A stretch of DNA of 64,000 nt, taken from NCBI RefSeq assembly GCF_009914755.1, contig NC_060928.1; one strand, 5' to 3'. The stretch is from the human T2T-CHM13v2.0 reference genome, Homo sapiens. The notes under the pieces are model-generated. The model did not search any database. It was given only the letters and a program-made list of their open reading frames with translations, and had not been told where the DNA came from. Below are positions 10,124-23,383 of the stretch, piece by piece (position 1 is the stretch's first letter; the number at the start of each line of letters is the position of its first letter). The translations under genes were made by a program, and so were the position numbers.

Positions 10124-11653
10124 CATTCTCAGAAACTTGTTTGTGATGTGTGTATTCAACTAACAGAGTTGAACTTTTGTTTTTACAGAGCCGTTTTAAA
10201 ACACTCTTTTTGTGGAATCAGAAAGTGGATATTCGGATGGCTCTGAGGATTTCGTTGGAAGCGGGATTACATATAAAATCTAGAGAGAAGCATTCTCAGG
10301 AACTTCTTTGTGATGTTTGCATTGAAGTCACAGAATTGAACATTCACTTTGATAGAGCAGGTTTGAAACACTCATTCTGTAGTATCTGGAAGTGGACATT
10401 TCAAGCGCTTTCAGGCCTATGGTGAGAAAGGAAATATCTTCGAATAAAAACTAGACAGAAGCATCCTCAGAAACTTATTTGTGATGTGTGTCCTCAACTA
10501 ACAGAGTTGAAACTTTGTTTTGATACAGCATTTTGGAAACACTCTTTTTGTAGAATCTGCAGGTGGATATTTGGATAGCTTAGAGGGATTCGTTGGAAAG
10601 GGGATATCTTCATATAAAATCTAGACAGAAGCATTCTCAGAAACTTATTTGTGATGTGTGTCCTCAACTAACAGAGTTGAACCTTGGTTTTGATACAGCA
10701 TTTTGGAAACACTCCTTTTGTAGAATCTGCAGGTGGATATGTGGATAGCTCTGAAGATTTCGTTGGAAACGGGAATTTCTTCATATAAAATCAAACAGAA
10801 GCATTCTCAGAAACTTCTCAGTGATGTTTGCATTCAGCTCATGGAGTTGAACACTTCCTTTCATAGAGCCGGTTTGAAACACTCTTTCTGCACTACCTGG
10901 AAGAGGACATTTCGAGCGCTTTGAGTCCTATGGTGAAAAAGGAAATATCTTCTCATAAAAACCAGAAAGAAGCATTCTCAGAAACTTCTTTGTGTTGTGT
11001 GTACTCATGTAACAGTGTTGAACCATCCTTTTGACAGAGCAGTTTTGAAACACTCTTTTTGTAGAATCTGCAAGTGGATATTTGGATAGCTTTGAGGATT
11101 TCGTTGGAAACGGGATGACATATAATATCTAGAGAGAAGCATTCTCAGGAACTTCTTTGTGATGTTTGCATTCAAGTCACAGAATTGAACATTCCCTTTC
11201 ATAGAGCAGGTTTGAAACACTCTTTCTCTAGTATCTGGAAGTGGGCATTTCAAGCGCTTTCAGGCCTATGGAGAGAAAGGAAATACCTTCAAATAAAAAC
11301 TAGACAGAAGCATTCTCAGAAACTTATTTGTGATGTGTGTCCTCAACTAACAGAGTTGAACCTTTGTTTTGATACAGCATTTTGGAAACACTCCTTTTGT
11401 AGAATCTGCAGGTGGATATTTGGATAACTTTGAAGATTTCGTTGGAAACCGGAATATCTTCATATAAAATCAAGACAGAAGCATTCTCGGAAACATCTCT
11501 GTGATGTTTGCATTCAACTCAGTAGAGTTGAACACTTCCTTTCATAGAGCCGGTTTGAAACACTCTTTCTGCACTACCTGGAAGCGGACATTTCGAGCGC
11601 TTTGAGGCCTATGGTGAAAAAGGAAATATCTTCCCATAAAAATTAGACAGAAG
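10124..11653 (+). repeat. 9-mer structural variant (m10-m17 plus m18/m9 hybrid), 1,530 bp; 10 monomers missing
   Basis: Marker 10150 to 11680 = 1,530. The m18 body (CTCAGTAGAG, GGAAGCGGAC) ends in the m9 tail TTCCCATAAAAATTAGACAG. Confidence 0.93.
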
Positions 11654-12670
11654 CATTCTCAGAAACTTGTTTGTGATGTGTGTATTCAACTAACAGAGTT
11701 GAACTTTTGTTTTTACAGAGCCGTTTTAAAACACTCTTTTTGTGGAATCAGAAAGTGGATATTCGGATGGCTCTGAGGATTTCGTTGGAAGCGGGATTAC
11801 ATATAAAATCTAGAGAGAAGCATTCTCAGGAACTTCTTTGTGATGTTTGCATTGAAGTCACAGAATTGAACATTCACTTTGATAGAGCAGGTTTGAAACA
11901 CTCATTCTGTAGTATCTGGAAGTGGACATTTCAAGCGCTTTCAGGCCTATGGTGAAAAAGGAAATATCTTCGAATAAAAACTAGACAGAAGCATCCTCAG
12001 AAACTTATTTGTGATGTGTGTCCTCAACTAACAGAGTTGAAACTTTGTTTTGATACAGCATTTTGGAAACACTCCTTTTGTAGAATCTGCAGGTGGATAT
12101 GTGGATAGCTCTGAAGATTTCGTTGGAAACGGGAATTTCTTCATATAAAATCAAACAGAAGCATTCTCAGAAACTTCTCAGTGATGTTTGCATTCAGCTC
12201 ATGGAGTTGAACACTTCCTTTCATAGAGCCGGTTTGAAACACTCTTTCTGCACTACCTGGAAGAGGCCATTTCGAGCGCTTTGAGTCCTATGGTGAAAAA
12301 GGAAATATCTTCTCATAAAAACCAGAAAGAAGCATTCTCAGAAACTTCTTTGTGTTGTGTGTACTCATGTAACAGTGTTGAACCATCCTTTTGACAGAGC
12401 AGTTTTGAAACACTCTTTTTGTAGAATCTGCAAGTGGATATTTGGATAGCTTTGAGGATTTCGTTGGAAACGGGATGACATATAATATCTAGAGAGAAGC
12501 ATTCTCAGGAACTTCTTTGTGCTGTTTGCATTCAAGTCACAGAATTGAACATTCCCTTTCAGAGAGCAGATTTGAAACACTCTTTCTCTAGTATCTGGAA
12601 GTGGGCATTTCAAGCGCTTTCAGGCCTATTGAGAGAAAGGAAATACCTTCAAATAAAAACTAGACAGAAG
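11654..12670 (+). repeat. 6-mer structural variant unit #3
   Basis: Marker 11680 to 12697 = 1,017. Confidence 0.95.
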
Positions 12671-15600
12671 CATTCTCAGAAACTTGTTTGTGATGTGTGT
12701 ATTCAACTAACAGAGTTGAACTTTTGTTTTTACAGAGCCGTTTTAAAACACTCTTTTTGTGGAATCAGAAAGTGGATATTCGGATGGCTCTGAGGATTTC
12801 GTTGGAAGCGGGATTACATATAAAATCTAGAGAGAAGCATTCTCAGGAACTTCTTTGTGATGTTTGCATTGAAGTCACAGAATTGAACATTCACTTTGAT
12901 AGAGCAGGTTTGAAACACTCATTCTGTAGTATCTGGAAGTGGACATTTCAAGCGCTTTCAGGCCTATGGTGAGAAAGGAAATATCTTCGAATAAAAACTA
13001 GACAGAAGCATCCTCAGAAACTTATTTGTGATGTGTGTCCTCAACTAACAGAGTTGAAACTTTGTTTTGATACAGCATTTTGGAAACACTCTTTTTGTAG
13101 AATCTGCAGGTGGATATTTGGATAGCTTAGAGGGATTCGTTGGAAAGGGGATATCTTCATATAAAATCTAGACAGAAGCATTCTCAGAAACTTATTTGTG
13201 ATGTGTGTCCTCAACTAACAGAGTTGAACCTTGGTTTTGATACAGCATTTTGGAAACACTCCTTTTGTAGAATCTGCAGGTGGATATGTGGATAGCTCTG
13301 AAGATTTCGTTGGAAACGGGAATTTCTTCATATAAAATCAAACAGAAGCATTCTCAGAAACTTCTCAGTGATGTTTGCATTCAGCTCATGGAGTTGAACA
13401 CTTCCTTTCATAGAGCCGGTTTGAAACACTCTTTCTGCACTACCTGGAAGAGGACATTTCGAGCGCTTTGAGTCCTATGGTGAAAAAGGAAATATCTTCT
13501 CATAAAAACCAGAAAGAAGCATTCTCAGAAACTTCTTTGTGTTGTGTGTACTCATGTAACAGTGTTGAACCATCCTTTTGACAGAGCAGTTTTGAAACAC
13601 TCTTTTTGTAGAATCTGCAAGTGGATATTTGGATAGCTTTGAGGATTTCGTTGGAAACGGGATGACATATAATATCTAGAGAGAAGCATTCTCAGGAACT
13701 TCTTTGTGATGTTTGCATTCAAGTCACAGAATTGAACATTCCCTTTCATAGAGCAGGTTTGAAACACTCTTTCTCTAGTATCTGGAAGTGGGCATTTCAA
13801 GCGCTTTCAGGCCTATGGAGAGAAAGGAAATACCTTCAAATAAAAACTAGACAGAAGCATTCTCAGAAACTTATTTGTGATGTGTGTCCTCAACTAACAG
13901 AGTTGAACCTTTGTTTTGATACAGCATTTTGGAAACACTCCTTTTGTAGAATCTGCAGGTGGATATTTGGATAACTTTGAAGATTTCGTTGGAAACCGGA
14001 ATATCTTCATATAAAATCAAGACAGAAGCATTCTCGGAAACATCTCTGTGATGTTTGCATTCAACTCAGTAGAGTTGAACACTTCCTTTCATAGAGCCGG
14101 TTTGAAACACTCTTTCTGCACTACCTGGAAGCGGACATTTCGAGCGCTTTGAGGCCTATGGTGAAAAAGGAAATATCTTCTCATAAAAACCAGAAAGAAG
14201 CATTCTCAGAAACTTCTTTGTGTTGTGTGTACTCAAGTAACAGTGTTGAACCTTCCTTTTGACACAGCAGTTTTGAAACACTCTTTTGGTAGAATCTGCA
14301 AGTGGATATTTGGATAGCTTTGAGGATTTCGTTGGAAACGGGTTATCTTCATGTAAAATCCAGACAGGAGCATTCTCAGAAACTTCTTTGTGCTGCATGT
14401 CCTCAATTCACAGAGCTGAACCTTTGTTTGGATACAGCATTTTGGAAACATTCCTTTAGTAGAATCTGCAAGTTGATATTTAGATAGCTTTGAAGATTTC
14501 GTTGGAAACGGGAATATCTTCATAGAAAATCTAGACGGAAGCATTCTCAGAAACTGCTTTGTGATGTTTGCATTCAAGTCACAGAGTTGAATATTCCCTT
14601 TTATAGAGTAGGTTTGAAACACTCTTTCGGCACTACCTGGAAGTGGATATTTCGAGCTCTTTGAGGCCTATGGTTAAAAGGAAATATCTTCCCATAAAAA
14701 CTAGACAGAAGCCGTCTCAGAAACTTGTTTGTGATGTGTGTATTCAACTACCAGAGTTGAACATTTCTGTTACAGAGCAATTTTAAAACACTCTTTTTGT
14801 GGAATCTGAAAGTGGATAATTGGATAGCTTTGTGGATTTCGTTGGAAACGGGATGACGTATAAAATCTAGAGAGAAGCATTCTCAGGAACTTCTTTGTGA
14901 TGTTTGCATTCAAGTCACAGAATTGAACATTCCTTTTCATAGTGCAGGTTTGAAACACTCTTTCTGTAGTATCTGGAAGTGGACATTTCAAGCGCTTTCA
15001 GGCCTACGGGGAGAAAGGAAATATCTTCAAATAAAAACTAGACAGAAGGATTCTCAGAAACTTATTTGTGATGTGTGTCCTAAACGAACACAGTTGAACC
15101 TTTGTTTTGATACAGCATTTTGGAAACACTCCTTTTGTAGGATCTGCAGGTGGATATTTGGATAGATTTTAAGATTTCGTTGGAAACGGGAGTTTCTTCA
15201 TAGAAACTCAAGACAGATGCATTCTCAGAAACATCTCTGTGATGTTTGCATTCCACTCATAGAGTTGAAAACTTCCTTTCATAGAGCAGGTTTGAAACAC
15301 TCTTTTTGTAATATTTGGAAGTGGACATTTGCAGCGCTTTGAGGCCTATGGTGAAAAAGGAAATATCTTCTCATAAAAACCAGAAACAAGCATTCTCAGA
15401 AACTTCTTTTTGATGTGTGTACTCAAGTAACAGAGTTGAACCTTCCTTTTGACACAGCAGTTTTGAAACAATCTTTTTGTAGAATCTGCAAGTGGATATT
15501 TGGATAGCTTTGAGGATTTCGTTGGAAACGGGATATCTTCATATAAAATCTAGACAGAAGCATTCTCAGAAACTTCTTTGTGCTGTATGTCCTCAATTAA

Positions 15601-18600
15601 CAGAGTTGAACCATTGCTTGGATACAGCATTTTGGAAACATTCCTTGAGTAGAATCTGCAAGTTGATATTTAGATAGATTTGAAGATTTCGTTGGAAAAG
15701 GGAATATCTCCATATAAAATCTAGAGGGAAGCATTCTCAGAAACTGCTTTGTGATGTTTCCATTCAAGTCACAGAGTTGAATATTCCCTTTTATAGAGCA
15801 CGTTTGAAACACTCTTTCTGCACTATCTGGAAGTGGACATTTCGAGCGCTTTGAGGCCTATGGTGAAAAAGGAAATATCTTCCCATAAAAACTAGACAGA
15901 AGCATTCTCAGAAACTTGTTTGTGATGTGTGTATTCAACTAACAGAGTTGAACTTTTGTTTTTACAGAGCCGTTTTAAAACACTCTTTTTGTGGAATCAG
16001 AAAGTGGATATTCGGATGGCTCTGAGGATTTCGTTGGAAGCGGGATTACATATAAAATCTAGAGAGAAGCATTCTCAGGAACTTCTTTGTGATGTTTGCA
16101 TTGAAGTCACAGAATTGAACATTCACTTTGATAGAGCAGGTTTGAAACACTCATTCTGTAGTATCTGGAAGTGGACATTTCAAGCGCTTTCAGGCCTATG
16201 GTGAGAAAGGAAATATCTTCGAATAAAAACTAGACAGAAGCATCCTCAGAAACTTATTTGTGATGTGTGTCCTCAACTAACAGAGTTGAAACTTTGTTTT
16301 GATACAGCATTTTGGAAACACTCTTTTTGTAGAATCTGCAGGTGGATATTTGGATAGCTTAGAGGGATTCGTTGGAAAGGGGATATCTTCATATAAAATC
16401 TAGACAGAAGCATTCTCAGAAACTTATTTGTGATGTGTGTCCTCAACTAACAGAGTTGAACCTTGGTTTTGATACAGCATTTTGGAAACGCTCCTTTTGT
16501 AGAATCTGCAGGTGGATATGTGGATAGCTCTGAAGATTTCGTTGGAAACGGGAATTTCTTCATATAAAATCAAACAGAAGCATTCTCAGAAACTTCTCAG
16601 TGATGTTTGCATTCAGCTCATGGAGTTGAACACTTCCTTTCATAGAGCCGGTTTGAAACACTCTTTCTGCACTACCTGGAAGAGGACATTTCGAGCGCTT
16701 TGAGTCCTATGGTGAAAAAGGAAATATCTTCTCATAAAAACCAGAAAGAAGCATTCTCAGAAACTTCTTTGTGTTGTGTGTACTCATGTAACAGTGTTGA
16801 ACCATCCTTTTGACAGAGCAGTTTTGAAACACTCTTTTTGTAGAATCTGCAAGTGGATATTTGGATAGCTTTGAGGATTTCGTTGGAAACGGGATGACAT
16901 ATAATATCTAGAGAGAAGCATTCTCAGGAACTTCTTTGTGATGTTTGCATTCAAGTCACAGAATTGAACATTCCCTTTCATAGAGCAGGTTTGAAACACT
17001 CTTTCTCTAGTATCTGGAAGTGGGCATTTCAAGCGCTTTCAGGCCTATGGAGAGAAAGGAAATACCTTCAAATAAAAACTAGACAGAAGCATTCTCAGAA
17101 ACTTATTTGTGATGTGTGTCCTCAACTAACAGAGTTGAACCTTTGTTTTGATACAGCATTTTGGAAACACTCCTTTTGTAGAATCTGCAGGTGGATATTT
17201 GGATAACTTTGAAGATTTCGTTGGAAACCGGAATATCTTCATATAAAATCAAGACAGAAGCATTCTCGGAAACATCTCTGTGATGTTTGCATTCAACTCA
17301 GTAGAGTTGAACACTTCCTTTCATAGAGCCGGTTTGAAACACTCTTTCTGCACTACCTGGAAGCGGACATTTCGAGCGCTTTGAGGCCTATGGTGAAAAA
17401 GGAAATATCTTCTCATAAAAACCAGAAAGAAGCATTCTCAGAAACTTCTTTGTGTTGTGTGTACTCAAGTAACAGTGTTGAACCTTCCTTTTGACACAGC
17501 AGTTTTGAAACACTCTTTTGGTAGAATCTGCAAGTGGATATTTGGATAGCTTTGAGGATTTCGTTGGAAACGGGTTATCTTCATGTAAAATCCAGACAGG
17601 AGCATTCTCAGAAACTTCTTTGTGCTGCATGTCCTCAATTCACAGAGCTGAACCTTTGTTTGGATACAGCATTTTGGAAACATTCCTTTAGTAGAATCTG
17701 CAAGTTGATATTTAGATAGCTTTGAAGATTTCGTTGGAAACGGGAATATCTTCATAGAAAATCTAGACGGAAGCATTCTCAGAAACTGCTTTGTGATGTT
17801 TGCATTCAAGTCACAGAGTTGAATATTCCCTTTTATAGAGTAGGTTTGAAACACTCTTTCGGCACTAGCTGGAAGTGGATATTTCGAGCTCTTTGAGGCC
17901 TATGGTTAAAAGGAAATATCTTCCCATAAAAACTAGACAGAAGCCGTCTCAGAAACTTGTTTGTGATGTGTGTATTCAACTACCAGAGTTGAACATTTCT
18001 GTTACAGAGCAATTTTAAAACACTCTTTTTGTGGAATCTGAAAGTGGATAATTGGATAGCTTTGTGGATTTCGTTGGAAACGGGATGACGTATAAAATCT
18101 AGAGAGAAGCATTCTCAGGAACTTCTTTCTGATGTTTGCATTCAAGTCACAGAATTGAACATTCCTTTTCATAGTGCAGGTTTGAAACACTCTTTCTGTA
18201 GTATCTGGAAGTGGACATTTCAAGCGCTTTCAGGCCTACGGGGAGAAAGGAAATATCTTCAAATAAAAACTAGACAGAAGGATTCTCAGAAACTTATTTG
18301 TGATGTGTGTCCTAAACGAACACAGTTGAACCTTTGTTTTGATACAGCATTTTGGAAACACTCCTTTTGTAGGATCTGCAGGTGGATATTTGGATAGATT
18401 TTAAGATTTCGTTGGAAACGGGAATTTCTTCATAGAAACTCAAGACAGATGCATTCTCAGAAACATCTCTGTGATGTTTGCATTCCACTCATAGAGTTGA
18501 AAACTTCCTTTCATAGAGCAGGTTTGAAACACTCTTTTTGTAATATTTGGAAGTGGACATTTGCAGCGCTTCGAGGCCTATGGTGAAAAAGGAAATATCT

Positions 18601-21600
18601 TCTCATAAAAACCAGAAACAAGCATTCTCAGAAACTTCTTTTTGATGTGTGTACTCAAGTAACAGAGTTGAACCTTCCTTTTGACACAGCAGTTTTGAAA
18701 CAATCTTTTTGTAGAATCTGCAAGTGGATATTTGGATAGCTTTGAGGATTTCGTTGGAAACGGGATATCTTCATATAAAATCTAGACAGAAGCATTCTCA
18801 GAAACTTCTTTGTGCTGTATGTCCTCAATTAACAGAGTTGAACCATTGCTTGGATACAGCATTTTGGAAACATTCCTTGAGTAGAATCTGCAAGTTGATA
18901 TTTAGATAGATTTGAAGATTTCGTTGGAAAAGGGAATATCTCCATATAAAATCTAGAGGGAAGCATTCTCAGAAACTGCTTTGTGATGTTTCCATTCAAG
19001 TCACAGAGTTGAATATTCCCTTTTATAGAGCACGTTTGAAACACTCTTTCTGCACTATCTGGAAGTGGACATTTCGAGCGCTTTGAGGCCTATGGTGAAA
19101 AAGGAAATATCTTCCCATAAAAACTAGACAGAAGCATTCTCAGAAACTTGTTTGTGATGTGTGTATTCAACTAACAGAGTTGAACTTTTGTTTTTACAGA
19201 GCCGTTTTAAAACACTCTTTTTGTGGAATCAGAAAGTGGATATTCGGATGGCTCTGAGGATTTCGTTGGAAGCGGGATTACATATAAAATCTAGAGAGAA
19301 GCATTCTCAGGAACTTCTTTGTGATGTTTGCATTGAAGTCACAGAATTGAACATTCACTTTGATAGAGCAGGTTTGAAACACTCATTCTGTAGTATCTGG
19401 AAGTGGACATTTCAAGCGCTTTCAGGCCTATGGTGAGAAAGGAAATATCTTCGAATAAAAACTAGACAGAAGCATCCTCAGAAACTTATTTGTGATGTGT
19501 GTCCTCAACTAACAGAGTTGAAACTTTGTTTTGATACAGCATTTTGGAAACACTCTTTTTGTAGAATCTGCAGGTGGATATTTGGATAGCTTAGAGGGAT
19601 TCGTTGGAAAGGGGATATCTTCATATAAAATCTAGACAGAAGCATTCTCAGAAACTTATTTGTGATGTGTGTCCTCAACTAACAGAGTTGAACCTTGGTT
19701 TTGATACAGCATTTTGGAAACACTCCTTTTGTAGAATCTGCAGGTGGATATGTGGATAGCTCTGAAGATTTCGTTGGAAACGGGAATTTCTTCATATAAA
19801 ATCAAACAGAAGCATTCTCAGAAACTTCTCAGTGATGTTTGCATTCAGCTCATGGAGTTGAACACTTCCTTTCATAGAGCCGGTTTGAAACACTCTTTCT
19901 GCACTACCTGGAAGAGGACATTTCGAGCGCTTTGAGTCCTATGGTGAAAAAGGAAATATCTTCTCATAAAAACCAGAAAGAAGCATTCTCAGAAACTTCT
20001 TTGTGTTGTGTGTACTCATGTAACAGTGTTGAACCATCCTTTTGACAGAGCAGTTTTGAAACACTCTTTTTGTAGAATCTGCAAGTGGATATTTGGATAG
20101 CTTTGAGGATTTCGTTGGAAACGGGATGACATATAATATCTAGAGAGAAGCATTCTCAGGAACTTCTTTGTGATGTTTGCATTCAAGTCACAGAATTGAA
20201 CATTCCCTTTCATAGAGCAGGTTTGAAACACTCTTTCTCTAGTATCTGGAAGTGGGCATTTCAAGCGCTTTCAGGCCTATGGAGAGAAAGGAAATACCTT
20301 CAAATAAAAACTAGACAGAAGCATTCTCAGAAACTTATTTGTGATGTGTGTCCTCAACTAACAGAGTTGAACCTTTGTTTTGATACAGCATTTTGGAAAC
20401 ACTCCTTTTGTAGAATCTGCAGGTGGATATTTGGATAACTTTGAAGATTTCGTTGGAAACCGGAATATCTTCATATAAAATCAAGACAGAAGCATTCTCG
20501 GAAACATCTCTGTGATGTTTGCATTCAACTCAGTAGAGTTGAACACTTCCTTTCATAGAGCCGGTTTGAAACACTCTTTCTGCACTACCTGGAAGCGGAC
20601 ATTTCGAGCGCTTTGAGGCCTATGGTGAAAAAGGAAATATCTTCTCATAAAAACCAGAAAGAAGCATTCTCAGAAACTTCTTTGTGTTGTGTGTACTCAA
20701 GTAACAGTGTTGAACCTTCCTTTTGACACAGCAGTTTTGAAACACTCTTTTGGTAGAATCTGCAAGTGGATATTTGGATAGCTTTGAGGATTTCGTTGGA
20801 AACGGGTTATCTTCATATAAAATCCAGACAGGAGCATTCTCAGAAACTTCTTTGTGCTGCATGTCCTCAATTCACAGAGCTGAACCTTTGTTTGGATACA
20901 GCATTTTGGAAACATTCCTTTAGTAGAATCTGCAAGTTGATATTTAGATAGCTTTGAAGATTTCGTTGGAAACGGGAATATCTTCATAGAAAATCTAGAC
21001 GGAAGCATTCTCAGAAACTGCTTTGTGATGTTTGCATTCAAGTCACAGAGTTGAATATTCCCTTTTATAGAGTAGGTTTGAAACACTCTTTCGGCACTAC
21101 CTGGAAGTGGATATTTCGAGCTCTTTGAGGCCTATGGTTAAAAGGAAATATCTTCCCATAAAAACTAGACAGAAGCCGTCTCAGAAACTTGTTTGTGATG
21201 TGTGTATTCAACTACCAGAGTTGAACATTTCTGTTACAGAGCAATTTTAAAACACTCTTTTTGTGGAATCTGAAAGTGGATAATTGGATAGCTTTGTGGA
21301 TTTCGTTGGAAACGGGATGACGTATAAAATCTAGAGAGAAGCATTCTCAGGAACTTCTTTGTGATGTTTGCATTCAAGTCACAGAATTGAACATTCCTTT
21401 TCATAGTGCAGGTTTGAAACACTCTTTCTGTAGTATCTGGAAGTGGACATTTCAAGCGCTTTCAGGCCTACGGGGAGAAAGGAAATATCTTCAAATAAAA
21501 ACTAGACAGAAGGATTCTCAGAAACTTATTTGTGATGTGTGTCCTAAACGAACACAGTTGAACCTTTGTTTAGATACAGCATTTTGGAAACACTCCTTTT

Positions 21601-22366
21601 GTAGGATCTGCAGGTGGATATTTGGATAGATTTTAAGATTTCGTTGGAAACGGGAGTTTCTTCATAGAAACTCAAGACAGATGCATTCTCAGAAACATCT
21701 CTGTGATGTTTGCATTCCACTCATAGAGTTGAAAACTTCCTTTCATAGAGCAGGTTTGAAACACTCTTTTTGTAATATTTGGAAGTGGACATTTGCAGCG
21801 CTTTGAGGCCTATGGTGAAAAAGGAAATATCTTCTCATAAATACCAGAAACAAGCATTCTCAGAAACTTCTTTTTGATGTGTGTACTCAAGTAACAGAGT
21901 TGAACCTTCCTTTTGACACAGCAGTTTTGAAACAATCTTTTTGTAGAATCTGCAAGTGGATATTTGGATAGCTTTGAGGATTTCGTTGGAAACGGGATAT
22001 CTTCATATAAAATCTAGACAGAAGCATTCTCAGAAACTTCTTTGTGCTGTATGTCCTCAATTAACAGAGTTGAACCATTGCTTGGATACAGCATTTTGGA
22101 AACATTCCTTTAGTAGAATCTGCAAGTTGATATTTAGATAGATTTGAAGATTTCGTTGGAAAAGGGAATATCTCCATATAAAATCTAGACGGAAGCATTC
22201 TCAGAAACTGCTTTGTGATGTTTCCATTCAAGTCACAGAGTTGAATATTCCCTTTTATAGAGCACGTTTGAAACACTCTTTCTGCACTATCTGGAAGTGG
22301 ACATTTCGAGCGCTTTGAGGCCTATGGTGAAAAAGGAAATATCTTCCCATAAAAATTAGACAGAAG
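12671..22366 (+). repeat. Three tandem canonical 19-mer HORs
   Basis: Markers 12697, 15929, 19161, 22393 spaced 3,232. Confidence 0.95.
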
Positions 22367-23383
22367 CATTCTCAGAAACTTGTTTGTGATGTGTGTATTC
22401 AACTAACAGGGTTGAACTTTTGATTTTACAGAGCCGTTTTAAAACACTCTTTTTGTGGAATCAGAAAGTGGATATTCGGATGGCTCTGAGGATTTCGTTG
22501 GAAGCGGGATTACATATGAAATCTAGAGAGAAGCATTCTCAGGAACTTCTTTGTGATGTTTGCATTGAAGTCACAGAATTGAACATTCACTTTGATAGAG
22601 CAGGTTTGAAACACTCATTCTGTAGTATCTGGAAGTGGACATTTCAAGCGCTTTCAGGCCTATGGTGAAAAAGGAAATATCTTCGAATAAAAACTAGACA
22701 GAAGCATCCTCAGAAACTTATTTGTGATGTGTGTCCTCAACTAAAAGAGTTGAAACTTTGTTTTGATACAGCATTTTGGAAACACTCTTTTTGTAGAATC
22801 TGCAGGTGGATATGTGGATAGCTCTGAAGATTTCGTTGGAAACGGGAATTTCTTCATATAAAATCAAACAGAAGCATTCTCAGAAACTTCTCAGTGATGT
22901 TTGCATTCAGCTCATGGAGTTGAACACTTCCTTTCATAGAGCCGGTTTGAAACACTCTTTCTGCACTACCTGGAAGAGGCCATTTCGAGCGCTTTGAGTC
23001 CTATGGTGAAAAAGGAAATATCTTCTCATAAAAACCAGAAAGAAGCATTCTCAGAAACTTCTTTGTGTTGTGTGTACTCATGTAACAGTGTTGAACCATC
23101 CTTTTGACAGAGCAGTTTTGAAACACTCTTTTTGTAGAATCTGCAAGTGGATATTTGGATAGCTTTGAGGATTTCGTTGGAAACGGGATGACATATAATA
23201 TCTAGAGAGAAGCATTCTCAGGAACTTCTTTGTGCTGTTTGCATTCAAGTCACAGAATTGAATATTCCCTTTTATAGAGCAGATTTGAAACACTCTTTCT
23301 CTAGTATCTGGAAGTGGGCATTTCAAGCGCTTTCAGGCCTATTGAGAGAAAGGAAATACCTTCAAATAAAAACTAGACAGAAG
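22367..23383 (+). repeat. 6-mer structural variant unit #4 (most divergent copy)
   Basis: Marker 22393 to 23410 = 1,017; several private substitutions. Confidence 0.95.
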
